Origin: Myxococcota bacterium
Lineage (GTDB): Bacteria; Myxococcota_A; UBA9042; PHBI01; JAWLBL01
Direction of reading: 5' to 3'
Assembly: GCA_041687695.1 (NCBI GenBank)
Contig: JAWLBL010000013.1
Location: 96,001-160,000, forward strand
Length of the DNA stretch: 64,000 bases
Made by a program: the position numbers and the translations under genes. Positions 50,414 through 59,177 of the stretch are shown in pieces (position 1 is the stretch's first letter; the number at the start of each line of letters is the position of its first letter). The notes under the pieces were generated by a model that did not search any database, was not told the DNA's origin, and was given only the letters and a program-made list of their open reading frames with translations.

Positions 50414-50752
50414 ATGGCGACCCAGACCCCCAAGCAGATCGTGACCGCCCGCTTCGGCAGCCGCACCGACCTCGTCAACGCGATCGCCGGCCTGCTCGGC
50501 GACGAGGCCAACAAGTCGGCCCTGATGGGCACGACCAACAAGAAGCTGCTGCGCATCCACGAGGTCGCCACGACCGTCCAGCAGCGCTTCGGCGGCAAGG
50601 CCGGCCTCATCGACGCGATGGCCAAGCTGCAGTTCAAGACCGGCAAGCCCAACGCGGGCTGGCGCGAGAAGATGGAGGGCTACACCGTCAAGCGCCTGCT
50701 CGATCTGCACCGCCAGCTCAAGACGACCGGCCAGGGCGCGACCCAGGGCTGA
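50414..50752 (+). CDS. Small basic hypothetical protein
   Basis: AAGGAG SD; strongly biased codons; internal repeat FGSRTDLVNAI/FGGKAGLIDAM; hairpin 50761-50788 follows. Confidence 0.8.
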   Translation: MATQTPKQIVTARFGSRTDLVNAIAGLLGDEANKSALMGTTNKKLLRIHEVATTVQQRFGGKAGLIDAMAKLQFKTGKPNAGWREKMEGYTVKRLLDLHRQLKTTGQGATQG

Positions 50753-50992
50753 GCCCTCACGTCGGGCGCCGCGCGTGCGGCGTCCGGCGCTCGTCGCTTC
50801 GATCGTGGCGCGGGCTCCCAGCCCGCGTCCTCCGTCCGCTCCTCCCGCCCACCTCCCTCCCTCCGGGCGGAGATCTCACGGCCCACGCTTGCCCGCCGGG
50901 CCGCCGTTCCTAGCTTCCGCGCCTTGGGCCAGCGCCTGCCCCGTGACGCCACGGGCGCCGGGGGCTGTCTGGCTGCGCTTCGGCCCCGACCA

Positions 50993-51021
50993 TTGACACA
51001 CAGCGTCCCGCTTGCGACGAT
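50993..51021 (+). promoter_or_regulatory. Sigma70-type promoter for cdnL
   Basis: TTGACA-N17-GACGAT. Confidence 0.5.
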
Positions 51022-51149
51022 GCAGCGCGCTTCCGACCAACGGAGCGAGCGGCTTGTTCGACGCCAAAAGCCGGGTCTCATAGGCCTTTCGGGCGCGTCT
51101 CAGTCGGCCGCCGACGCGATTGCCAGGATCGAGCCCCCAAGGAGTCTAA

Positions 51150-51665
51150 ATGCAATTTCCCTTCAAGATCGGCGACAAGGCCGTCTATCCCGCGCAGGGA
51201 GTGACGGAGATCATGGGGATCGAGAGCATGGAGATTTCCGGGACGCAGCACACGGTCTACGTCCTCCGGGTGCTCGACACCAACCGCACGATCCGCATCC
51301 CGGTCAACAAGATCAGCTCGGTCGGCCTGCGCTCGGTCATCCAGGGCGAGGAGATCGACGAGGTCTACGGCATCCTCCGCGAGCGCCCCGGCAAGTTCGA
51401 CCAGCAGACCTGGAACCGCCGCTATCGCCGCTACCTCGAGAAGATCAAGACCGGCTCGGTCTACGACGTCGCCGAGGTCCTGCGCGATCTGTACCTGCTC
51501 AAGTACGACAAGAACCTGTCGTTCGGCGAGCGCAAGATGCTCGACACGGCCCGCTCCCTGCTGGTCAAGGAGCTGTCCATCGCCCGCGAGAGCGCCGAGG
51601 ACGCCGTCGAGCGCGAGCTCGAGGAGATCTTCGCCGACCAGGAGCCGCTCGAGAAGACGGCCTGA
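51150..51665 (+). CDS. cdnL: CarD-family RNAP-binding factor CdnL
   Basis: FKIGDKAVYPAQGV, TWNRRYR, IKTGSVYDVAEVLRDLYLLK, LSFGERKMLDTARSLL; no HMGA tail. Confidence 0.93.
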   Translation: MQFPFKIGDKAVYPAQGVTEIMGIESMEISGTQHTVYVLRVLDTNRTIRIPVNKISSVGLRSVIQGEEIDEVYGILRERPGKFDQQTWNRRYRRYLEKIKTGSVYDVAEVLRDLYLLKYDKNLSFGERKMLDTARSLLVKELSIARESAEDAVERELEEIFADQEPLEKTA

Positions 51666-51692
51666 GTCGCGGCGCAGGGCGCATCGCGCATT

Positions 51693-51734
51693 GAGAAGGG
51701 GCGGCTCCGGCGCGCCCCTTCTTCGTTTCGAAGG
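51693..51734 (+). terminator. Intrinsic terminator after cdnL
   Basis: GAGAAGGGGCG/CGCCCCTTCTT stem, then CGTTTCG. Confidence 0.7.
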
Positions 51735-51794
51735 CCGGCGCTCGGCTCCGGGGCCGGCGCCGCCGCCGTCGGCCTCCGGCGCCCGGCGCCGCGC

Positions 51795-53297
51795 TCAGCG
51801 TCCGCCGACGCCCGCCATCCGGTGGTCGCTGGCCGAGGTGGGCGCGTCCGCGGCCTCCTCGGGCCGCCGCGCGAGGCACCAACGCGCGATCATGGCCTCG
51901 TAGAAGCGCAGCGCCGCCTCGAGGTGGCTGACCGGGATGCCCTCGTCGTCGCGGTACAGGTCGCCCGCGCCGCGCCCCGGCCCGAACACCAGCGTCGCCG
52001 CGCCGGTCTCGGCGATGAGGCCGGCGTCCGTGCTCAGGCGCCCGCCCGACAGGACCGGCGGCACCCCGGCCGCGCGCAGGCTCTCGCGGGCGGCGGTCAG
52101 GAAGCCGGAGTCGTCGGCGCCGGCGGCCAGGGCCGCGCGGTCCTGCGTCACCTGGACGGTGAAGTCGAGCTCGTCCTCGCGGGCGAGGGCCCGCTGCACG
52201 GCGGCGACGAACCGGTCGCCGATGGCGTGGGTGTCGACGCCGGGCCCGGTCCACATGGTGATGACCCCGGTGACGGTGTCCCGGTCCGATTCGAGCCAGC
52301 CGGTGTGCGCGGCGGGGCGCGGGCGGGCGGCCAGGGCGTTGCGCTCGGGCGCGGTCACCTCGGCCACGGCGGCGAGGCCGGCGTCGCGCGCCCGCAGCCA
52401 GGCCTCGAACATCGGGTCGATGGGGAAGGGCAGGGGCGTGCCGTCCGCGAGGGCGCGGGCGGTGACGTCCGGCGGCAGCGGCGGCAGGTCGTCGTAGCTG
52501 GTCGCGATCTGCATGGTGCAGCGCGCCGGGACGCGGTTGGAGGCCTCGCCCGCCTCGAAGGACAGGACGCGCACGTCGCCCGCCTGGCGCAGCTGCTTCA
52601 GCACCTCGAGGCCGCGGGCCAGGGCGTCGGCGCCGAGGTGGGGCACCTGCGCGTGGGCCGAGCGCCCGGGCACCTCGACCTCGAAGAACCCGCGCGTGGG
52701 CGGCATGCGGCGGTGGCGGATCTGGCGCTCGATCTGCAGCCGGAAGCTGACGTAGCCGGGGTGGTCGGTCCAGATCTCGAGGTTGGTCGGCGCGCCCACC
52801 AGGGCGGCCGCCGGGCGCGCGCTGTTGCCGTCGAGCAGGGCCCGGATGCCGGTGCCGCGGGCCTCCTCGCCGAAGAGGGCGACGACGTGCAGGGGGCGGA
52901 CGAGGCGCTCGTGGCGAAAGCGCGAGGCGGCCAGGATCTTCAGCACCAGATCGACCTTGCCGCTGCAGGCGCCGAGGCCGTGCAGCAGGCCGGTGCGCGG
53001 GTCGAGGCGGGGCTCGAAGGGGTCGCCGCCGGTCGAGCGCCAGACGCCCGGGACCGGATCGGCGCCGGTGGACACGCACGACACGAGCCACAGCGGCTCG
53101 TCGACGCGCTCGCCGTGGCCGAGGCCGACGAGGTTGACGAAGTCGGCGGTCTCGCTCGACGAGACCTGCTCGAAGATGTGCAGCTCTCCGTAGAACATGA
53201 GATCCATCAGGTACGCGATCGTGTCGGAGGCGCTGTGCCTCAGGCGGGAGTCGCGTCGAAGGATCTCGAGCACGGCGTCGACGGGCTTGACCGGCAT
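51795..53297 (-). CDS. M20/ArgE-DapE-family protein with degenerate metal ligands
   Basis: [42 protein letters not shown]. Confidence 0.8.
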   Translation of the reverse strand: MPVKPVDAVLEILRRDSRLRHSASDTIAYLMDLMFYGELHIFEQVSSSETADFVNLVGLGHGERVDEPLWLVSCVSTGADPVPGVWRSTGGDPFEPRLDPRTGLLHGLGACSGKVDLVLKILAASRFRHERLVRPLHVVALFGEEARGTGIRALLDGNSARPAAALVGAPTNLEIWTDHPGYVSFRLQIERQIRHRRMPPTRGFFEVEVPGRSAHAQVPHLGADALARGLEVLKQLRQAGDVRVLSFEAGEASNRVPARCTMQIATSYDDLPPLPPDVTARALADGTPLPFPIDPMFEAWLRARDAGLAAVAEVTAPERNALAARPRPAAHTGWLESDRDTVTGVITMWTGPGVDTHAIGDRFVAAVQRALAREDELDFTVQVTQDRAALAAGADDSGFLTAARESLRAAGVPPVLSGGRLSTDAGLIAETGAATLVFGPGRGAGDLYRDDEGIPVSHLEAALRFYEAMIARWCLARRPEEAADAPTSASDHRMAGVGGR

Positions 53298-53443
53298 CGG
53301 ACACCTCGGTGCGGCGCGCCAGGGCGCGCGGGCGGACGGCGGCTAGGCGGCCACCGACCCCGCCGCTCGGCGAGCGGTCGGTCGGGCGGACCGCGGGGCC
53401 GATCGAATCGATCCCTTGGGCATGTTGTCAACTGGAGCGGCGG

Positions 53444-53905
<462 letters not shown>

Positions 53906-53924
53906 GCGAGGGCGAAGCCCGATC

Positions 53925-53960
53925 TTGATCCTCGCCGCGATGGCGATACACTTGTTCAGT
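53925..53960 (+). promoter_or_regulatory. Promoter with overlapping myxobacterial-type LexA box
   Basis: TTGATC-N16-TACACT; CGATACACTTGTTCAGT (53944-53960) matches 15/17 of CTRHAMRYBYGTTCAGS (consensus recalled). Confidence 0.7.
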
Positions 53961-53962
53961 GT

Positions 53963-54877
53963 ATGGCCCAGCGCGTGACCATCGACGAGCTCAAGGCTCG
54001 TCTCCATCAGGCCTTCCCCGAGGCGATCCCCGAGGCGGAGCTCCCGTCGCCCTCGGGGCGGGTCGCGACCGGGGTGCCGCGGCTCGATCGGCTGCTCGGC
54101 GGCGGGCTCGTCGCCGGGCAGGTGGCGGCCTGGCTGGCCGCGCCGGGGGCCGGCTCGGCTTCGCTGATGCGCGCGACGGCGCGCCGGGCGCTGGGCGACG
54201 GCCACCGCGTCGCGATCGTGGACGCGGGCGGGACGCTGGCCCCGGCGGACTGGGCGCCGATCGGCGCGCCCCCTCAGGAGCGGCTGTGGTTCGTGCGCCC
54301 ACCGGTCGGCGGCGATCCCGAGGAGGCGGGCCGCCAGGGCCTGTGGGCGGCCGAGGTGCTGACCCGCTCGGGCGCCTTCGGCCTGGTGATGCTGGATCTG
54401 ACCGGCCTCGACGTGCGCGGGGCCACCCGCTGGGCCGCGCCCCTGCGTCGGGCGGCGCGCGACGGCGCCGCGGCCCTGCTCCTGGTCGGCGAGGCCGCCA
54501 CCCGCGCCGCGCCGACCCAGGTCGTCCGTCTCGAACCCCGGGCGCCCGCCCCCGCCGATCTCGAGGCCGGGCGCCGCGCGCTGGGGGTGTCGCTCGTGCG
54601 CGGCGGCCCCCCCGGCGCCGAGGAGCTCGTCATCGATGCTCGCCCCTGTCTCGTCCCGCGTCGCCTGCCTGCGCTCGCCGTGGTTCGCGATCGACGTCCT
54701 GGCGCGCGACGGCCTCGCCGCGAAGGGTTCGCCGATCGCGGTGATCCGGGGCGCCGGCACGCACGCGCGGGTCGCGCTGGCCAGCCCGGCGGCCAGGGCC
54801 GCTGGGGTGCGGGCCGGGCAGAGCCCGTCGGAGGCGCGGGCCCTGGCGCGCGATCTGGCGCTGACGACGTGGGATGA
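53963..54877 (+). CDS. imuA: ImuA-like RecA-fold mutasome accessory protein
   Basis: ATGVPRLDRLLGGGL, degenerate Walker A PGAGSAS, WAAEVLTRSGAFGLVMLD; adjacent to imuB. Confidence 0.8.
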   Translation: MAQRVTIDELKARLHQAFPEAIPEAELPSPSGRVATGVPRLDRLLGGGLVAGQVAAWLAAPGAGSASLMRATARRALGDGHRVAIVDAGGTLAPADWAPIGAPPQERLWFVRPPVGGDPEEAGRQGLWAAEVLTRSGAFGLVMLDLTGLDVRGATRWAAPLRRAARDGAAALLLVGEAATRAAPTQVVRLEPRAPAPADLEAGRRALGVSLVRGGPPGAEELVIDARPCLVPRRLPALAVVRDRRPGARRPRREGFADRGDPGRRHARAGRAGQPGGQGRWGAGRAEPVGGAGPGARSGADDVG

Positions 54878-56186
54878 GGCGCGGATCGCGGCGGCGATGG
54901 CGGCGCTGGGCGAGCGGCTCGAGGCGGTGACGCCGCGGCTGGCGCCCGCGGGGCCGGGGTGCTTCTGGCTCGAGCCGGTGGTCTCGCGGGGCGAGGACGA
55001 GCGGGCCTTCGCCGCGCGGCTGCTCGAGGCGGCGCGTGGCGAGCGGCTGACCGAGGCGCGCGTGGCCATCGCGGACGGGCCGGTCGCGGCCTCGGCGGCG
55101 GCGCGGACGGCGCGCGAGGCGGTGACCTGCCTGCCGCCGGGCGGGGACGCGGCCTTCCTGGCGGGGCTGCCCATCGAGCTCCTGGGCGTCGGGCCGGCGA
55201 TGCGCGAGCTGCTGGTGGCGCTGGGCGTGCGCACCGGGGCCGCGCTGCAGGCGATGGACCCGGGGCTGCTCGAGGCGCGCTTCGGGCCCGAGGGGCGCCG
55301 CCTGTGGCTGCGGGCGCGCGGGCAGACGCGGCGGCGGCCGCTGACGCCGCGCGGGCGGCCCGAGCACCGGGTCGAGGTGCCGCTGCTCGAGGCGACGGCG
55401 CACCTCGAGCCGGTCCTGTTCGTGCTGCGGGGCGCCATCGATCGGGTGGCGCGGGCCATGGCGGGGGCGGGGGCGGCCGTCGCGCGGCTGCGTGTCACCC
55501 TGGTGCGCGAGCGGGGCGAGGCGACGCGGCTCGAGCTGGCGCCGTCGCGGCCGAGCGCCGAGGGGCCGCTGCTCTTCGAGCTGGTCCGGGCGCGCCTGGC
55601 CGAGTCGCCCGACGGCGAGGAGGGGGCGCCGGACTGGACGGCCCACCCGGTGACCGACGTCGTCGTCGAGGTGGGCGAGGGCGCGCCGCTGAACCCGCTG
55701 CAGGGCGACCTGTTCGCCGCGCGCTGGCGCGACCCGGTGGCGCTCGAGGCGGCGCTGGCGCGGCTGACGGGCCGCTTCGGCGAGGGCGCGGTGGCCGTGC
55801 CGGTCGCGGTGGACACCTGGCGGCCCGAGCGGGCGGGGATCTGGCGGCCGGTGGCCGAGGCGGGGGCGGCCGCGGCGACCGGGGCGGCGCCGTCCGAGGC
55901 CCCCGCCGAGGCCGCGGACGGGGACGTCAGCGCCTGCGTGCGGCTGCTGCCCGAGCCGGCCCCGGTGCGGCTCGACGCCGAGCGGCGGCAGGTCTTCGGG
56001 GCGCGGGCGCGGGGGCCGGTCACGGTCACGGCCTGGCGCGGGCCCGAGCGGCTGTCGGGCGAGGCCTGGGGCGAGGACCCCTGGGACCGCGACTACTTCT
56101 GGCTGCTGACGGCCGAGGCCGGGGCGCTGTGGGTCTACCGGGATCGCCGCGCGGGGGGGTGGTTCCTGCACGGCTGGCTCGACTGA
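54636..56186 (+). CDS. imuB: ImuB, inactive Y-family polymerase-like protein
   Basis: ARAAGVRAGQ, FLAGLPIELL, LGVRT, ARFG, clamp motif QGDLF, GPERLSGEAW, RDYF, WFLHGWLD. Confidence 0.88.
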   Translation: MLAPVSSRVACLRSPWFAIDVLARDGLAAKGSPIAVIRGAGTHARVALASPAARAAGVRAGQSPSEARALARDLALTTWDEARIAAAMAALGERLEAVTPRLAPAGPGCFWLEPVVSRGEDERAFAARLLEAARGERLTEARVAIADGPVAASAAARTAREAVTCLPPGGDAAFLAGLPIELLGVGPAMRELLVALGVRTGAALQAMDPGLLEARFGPEGRRLWLRARGQTRRRPLTPRGRPEHRVEVPLLEATAHLEPVLFVLRGAIDRVARAMAGAGAAVARLRVTLVRERGEATRLELAPSRPSAEGPLLFELVRARLAESPDGEEGAPDWTAHPVTDVVVEVGEGAPLNPLQGDLFAARWRDPVALEAALARLTGRFGEGAVAVPVAVDTWRPERAGIWRPVAEAGAAAATGAAPSEAPAEAADGDVSACVRLLPEPAPVRLDAERRQVFGARARGPVTVTAWRGPERLSGEAWGEDPWDRDYFWLLTAEAGALWVYRDRRAGGWFLHGWLD

Positions 56187-56221
56187 GGGCGCGCGGGTCG
56201 GGACGCGCCCCTAACCCTGGC

Positions 56222-56251
56222 TTGACGCTGGGAAAAGCCGGTGTCTATGAT
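56222..56251 (+). promoter_or_regulatory. Sigma70-type promoter
   Basis: TTGACG-N18-TATGAT. Confidence 0.6.
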
Positions 56252-56297
56252 GCGCCGGCTCGACGGGACCGAGTGTCAGTCATCATCGAGGGTTAGC

Positions 56298-57641
56298 ATG
56301 GGCGAAGGCGCCGACAAGTCGAAGAAGGATGCTTCCACGGGCGAGCCCGAGGGGGGCCTCCCGGAGTTCATCGTGACCGAAGGCGCCGAAGACGCCGCGG
56401 ACACCACCGCCGCGGCCGAGGAGACCCAGGCCGAGGCGTCGTCCGACGCGGGCGCCGAGCTGTCGGCCGAGGAGGCGCTCGCCATCGCCGAGGCCGAGGC
56501 CGCGGCGGCCGAGGCGGCGGCCAAGGCGGCGGCGGCGGCGGCAGCGGCGGCGGCGGCCAAGGCCAAGGCCGAGAAGGTCAAGGCGGCGACCAGCGACACC
56601 GTCGAGGCGTCGGCCGAGGGCAAGGGCAAGAAGGGCAAGGCCAAGGGCGGCGGCGACAAGGCCAAGGACGTGGCCAAGGCGGCGGCGACCAAGGCGCCCG
56701 AGCCCGAGCCCGAGCCGATCCTGGTCATCAAGCCCAGCGCCGAGGGCCTGTTCGAGGGCAAGGTCGACGAGAAGGCCGCCGAGTCGTTCATCCCCGACGA
56801 GCCCTTCCGCGGCGGGCGCAGCAAGGTCGCCATCGGCGCCTTCGCGGTCGTGCTGCTGGCCACGGTCGGCGGCGGGGCGGTCATCGCCTCGAACGAGCGG
56901 CTCAAGACCGACGTGCAGTGCTTCCTCGAGCAGCGCCTCGACGAGTGCAAGGGCGCCGAGAAGCGCGCGCTCGAGGCCCGGTGGAAGGACGAGGACCTCA
57001 AGGCGCGCAACCGCTACGGCGACGTGACGCTGGTCTACTTCCCGCCGGACGCCAAGGTGAAGGTGACCAAGACCACCTACACCCAGGAGGGCCTGAGCGG
57101 CGCGCCCACCAAGTCGGGCGAGGAAGAGATCAAGAACGCCACGAGCGATCTGAAGCCGGGCCAGACCATCGAGCGCCTGCCGCTGCTCAACCTGCCGATC
57201 TTCGAGTCCGAGAAGAACGAGCAGGGCGACGTCACCACGGTCTTCACCTACGAGTACAAGCTCGAGTTCGAGCGCGAGGGCTACGAGCCGCGCACCTTCA
57301 CCTACCGCATCGACGACTGGCAGCGCGTCGGCCCGGGCAACGAGATCATCGACTGGAAGGGGCTCGACCTCATCCCGAAGCCCGAGACCCTGATGGCCAA
57401 CTTCGCCAAGGCGATGGGGCAGCTGCACTGCGCGCTCAAGGACAACAAGAAGGCCAAGGGCCTCGACCCCGAGAGCCTCGGGCTGGTCGAGGAGTCCGCC
57501 TTCGAGATCATCCGCCTGCGCAACGGCTTCAAGACCAAGGACGACTTCAACACGGCCTACTCCATCCTGACCGGCGGCCAGCACGCCGAGTGGTGGGCGA
57601 AGACCGCCGAGGAGATCGCCAAGAACAAGTGCGACGAGTGA
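56298..57641 (+). CDS. Hypothetical single-pass membrane protein with Ala/Lys/Glu low-complexity N-terminus
   Basis: Poly-Ala run; TM VAIGAFAVVLLATVGGGAVIA; strongly biased codons. Confidence 0.82.
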   Translation: MGEGADKSKKDASTGEPEGGLPEFIVTEGAEDAADTTAAAEETQAEASSDAGAELSAEEALAIAEAEAAAAEAAAKAAAAAAAAAAAKAKAEKVKAATSDTVEASAEGKGKKGKAKGGGDKAKDVAKAAATKAPEPEPEPILVIKPSAEGLFEGKVDEKAAESFIPDEPFRGGRSKVAIGAFAVVLLATVGGGAVIASNERLKTDVQCFLEQRLDECKGAEKRALEARWKDEDLKARNRYGDVTLVYFPPDAKVKVTKTTYTQEGLSGAPTKSGEEEIKNATSDLKPGQTIERLPLLNLPIFESEKNEQGDVTTVFTYEYKLEFEREGYEPRTFTYRIDDWQRVGPGNEIIDWKGLDLIPKPETLMANFAKAMGQLHCALKDNKKAKGLDPESLGLVEESAFEIIRLRNGFKTKDDFNTAYSILTGGQHAEWWAKTAEEIAKNKCDE

Positions 57642-57710
57642 CGGCTCAGACGTGAGCTGAAGGCTCCTGGCACGAGCTGAAGGCTCCGGCCTGAGTCGGC
57701 GCCACGACGC

Positions 57711-57753
57711 GGAGGCGGCCCCCACCCGGAGGCCGCCTTCGTCCTTTCGAAGG
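57711..57753 (+). terminator. Terminator-like hairpin between convergent genes
   Basis: GGAGGCGGCC/GGCCGCCTTC then GTCCTTTCG. Confidence 0.6.
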
Positions 57754-57774
57754 CCCGCTCGGCCAGGCGCGCGG

Positions 57775-59004
57775 TCAGTCTCCGACGTCCTCGCCGGTCA
57801 GGTGGGCCCATGCGGGCGGCGTGCGCTCGCCCCGCAGGAAGGCGACGGCGTCGGCGGCCAGGGCGCGGATCTCGGGGTCGGCGTGGGCCGTCAGCGGCTC
57901 GAGGTGGGGCGTGGCCTGCGAGGCCTTGAGGCGCACGAGGCGGGTGATGGCGTAGCGCAGCTCGTCGGGGCCGCCGGCGCGGAGCAGCGGCACCACCTCG
58001 GCCACGCGCTCGGCGAGCGCCGCCTCCCACGTGTCCACCCACGGCCGCGTCGGGCCCTGGTCGACGCAGCCCTCGACCCGCTCCTCGAGCGCGCAGTACA
58101 GGCGCACGTGGAAGTGCTCCTCGTGGCGCGACGAGTCGCGCGGCTCGCGCAGGACGGCCTCGGCGCGCTCGACGAGCAGCGGGTCGGCCCCCGCGCTGCG
58201 GGCCCAGGCGATGAGGCGCGCCTTCAGCGGGTTCGAGACGAAGATCCACTGGATCTGCACGCGCGGGTCGCGCAAGAGCCCCTCGACCAGCGCCCAGTTG
58301 CGCGCGTCGTCGAACCACAGATCGCCGCCCCAGCGCGCGCGCCCGTCCGCGCCGAACGGGACCAGCTCCGGCTGATCGGCGATGCGCCAGGCGCCGTCGC
58401 GCACGTAGAAGGCCAGATCGACGTCGCGCCCGCTGTTGTGGCTGGCGTGGCCGTGCAGGTCGCCGCCGTCGCGCGCGCTGAGATCGCCCGCCCACAGGAC
58501 GCTGCCCGGCCACTGGTCCGCGACCCGCCGCGCCGCGCGCTCGAGGGCGCCGACCAGCTCGTCGGTGCCCCAGACGGCGCCGCGCCGGACCGAGATCGGG
58601 CGCGCCCGCAGCGGGCCCGTGTCGGTGAGGCGGCGCGCCCCGACCAGGTAGCCGCGCGACGCGGTGCCGATGGAGTAGCTGCGCTGGGCGCTGAGCCCGA
58701 CGAGGTGCGCCCGGTCGAAGGCCGGGATGGAGGCCTGGTGCGACGGCGCCGGCGGGGGCGGGGCCGACAGGCTGGCGGCCGGCAGGAGCTGCACGGCGCC
58801 GAGGTCGAGCCGGGCCAGCGCGCGGCCCTCGGCGGGGCCCGCGACGGGCGATGGGGGCGCGCACGACAGGCAGGCGGCCGCGCCGATCCCGGCGAGCCAA
58901 TCGCGGGGGCCCAGATGGGCGCGACCGCCCCGGCGCCCGCGGGGAGGCCGGGGCGGGTGCCGCGACGCGTCGGGCGACGGCCGATCTCGTAACGAGCGCT
59001 TCAC
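57775..59004 (-). CDS. MepA-family (M74) penicillin-insensitive murein endopeptidase with C-terminal HEAT-like repeat; start uncertain
   Basis: SIGTASRGYL, WGTDEL, GDLS..GG, HASHNSGRDVDLAFY, HEEHFHVRLYC. Confidence 0.82.
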   Translation of the reverse strand: MKRSLRDRPSPDASRHPPRPPRGRRGGRAHLGPRDWLAGIGAAACLSCAPPSPVAGPAEGRALARLDLGAVQLLPAASLSAPPPPAPSHQASIPAFDRAHLVGLSAQRSYSIGTASRGYLVGARRLTDTGPLRARPISVRRGAVWGTDELVGALERAARRVADQWPGSVLWAGDLSARDGGDLHGHASHNSGRDVDLAFYVRDGAWRIADQPELVPFGADGRARWGGDLWFDDARNWALVEGLLRDPRVQIQWIFVSNPLKARLIAWARSAGADPLLVERAEAVLREPRDSSRHEEHFHVRLYCALEERVEGCVDQGPTRPWVDTWEAALAERVAEVVPLLRAGGPDELRYAITRLVRLKASQATPHLEPLTAHADPEIRALAADAVAFLRGERTPPAWAHLTGEDVGD

Positions 59005-59177
59005 CGCCGCGCACCGTACCGCAGCCTGGGCGCAGGCGCACCAAACGCGCGGCCGCGATCGCGGGTGAATTCTGGCTGAATACACCGCCGGGCGGCCCCT
59101 TTTTGACCGGGTCGGAGCCGGCCCGGTAAGCTCCGCACGCGCGGGCCCGTCCAGGGCTCCAGGGGGACGAAGCGGTC

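Noticed and set aside
56500..56580. GCG trinucleotide run as a contingency locus
   Set aside because: It encodes an in-frame poly-Ala linker, and unit changes would not shift the frame.
57668..57683. TGGCACG as a sigma54 promoter
   Set aside because: There is no GC at the -12 position.
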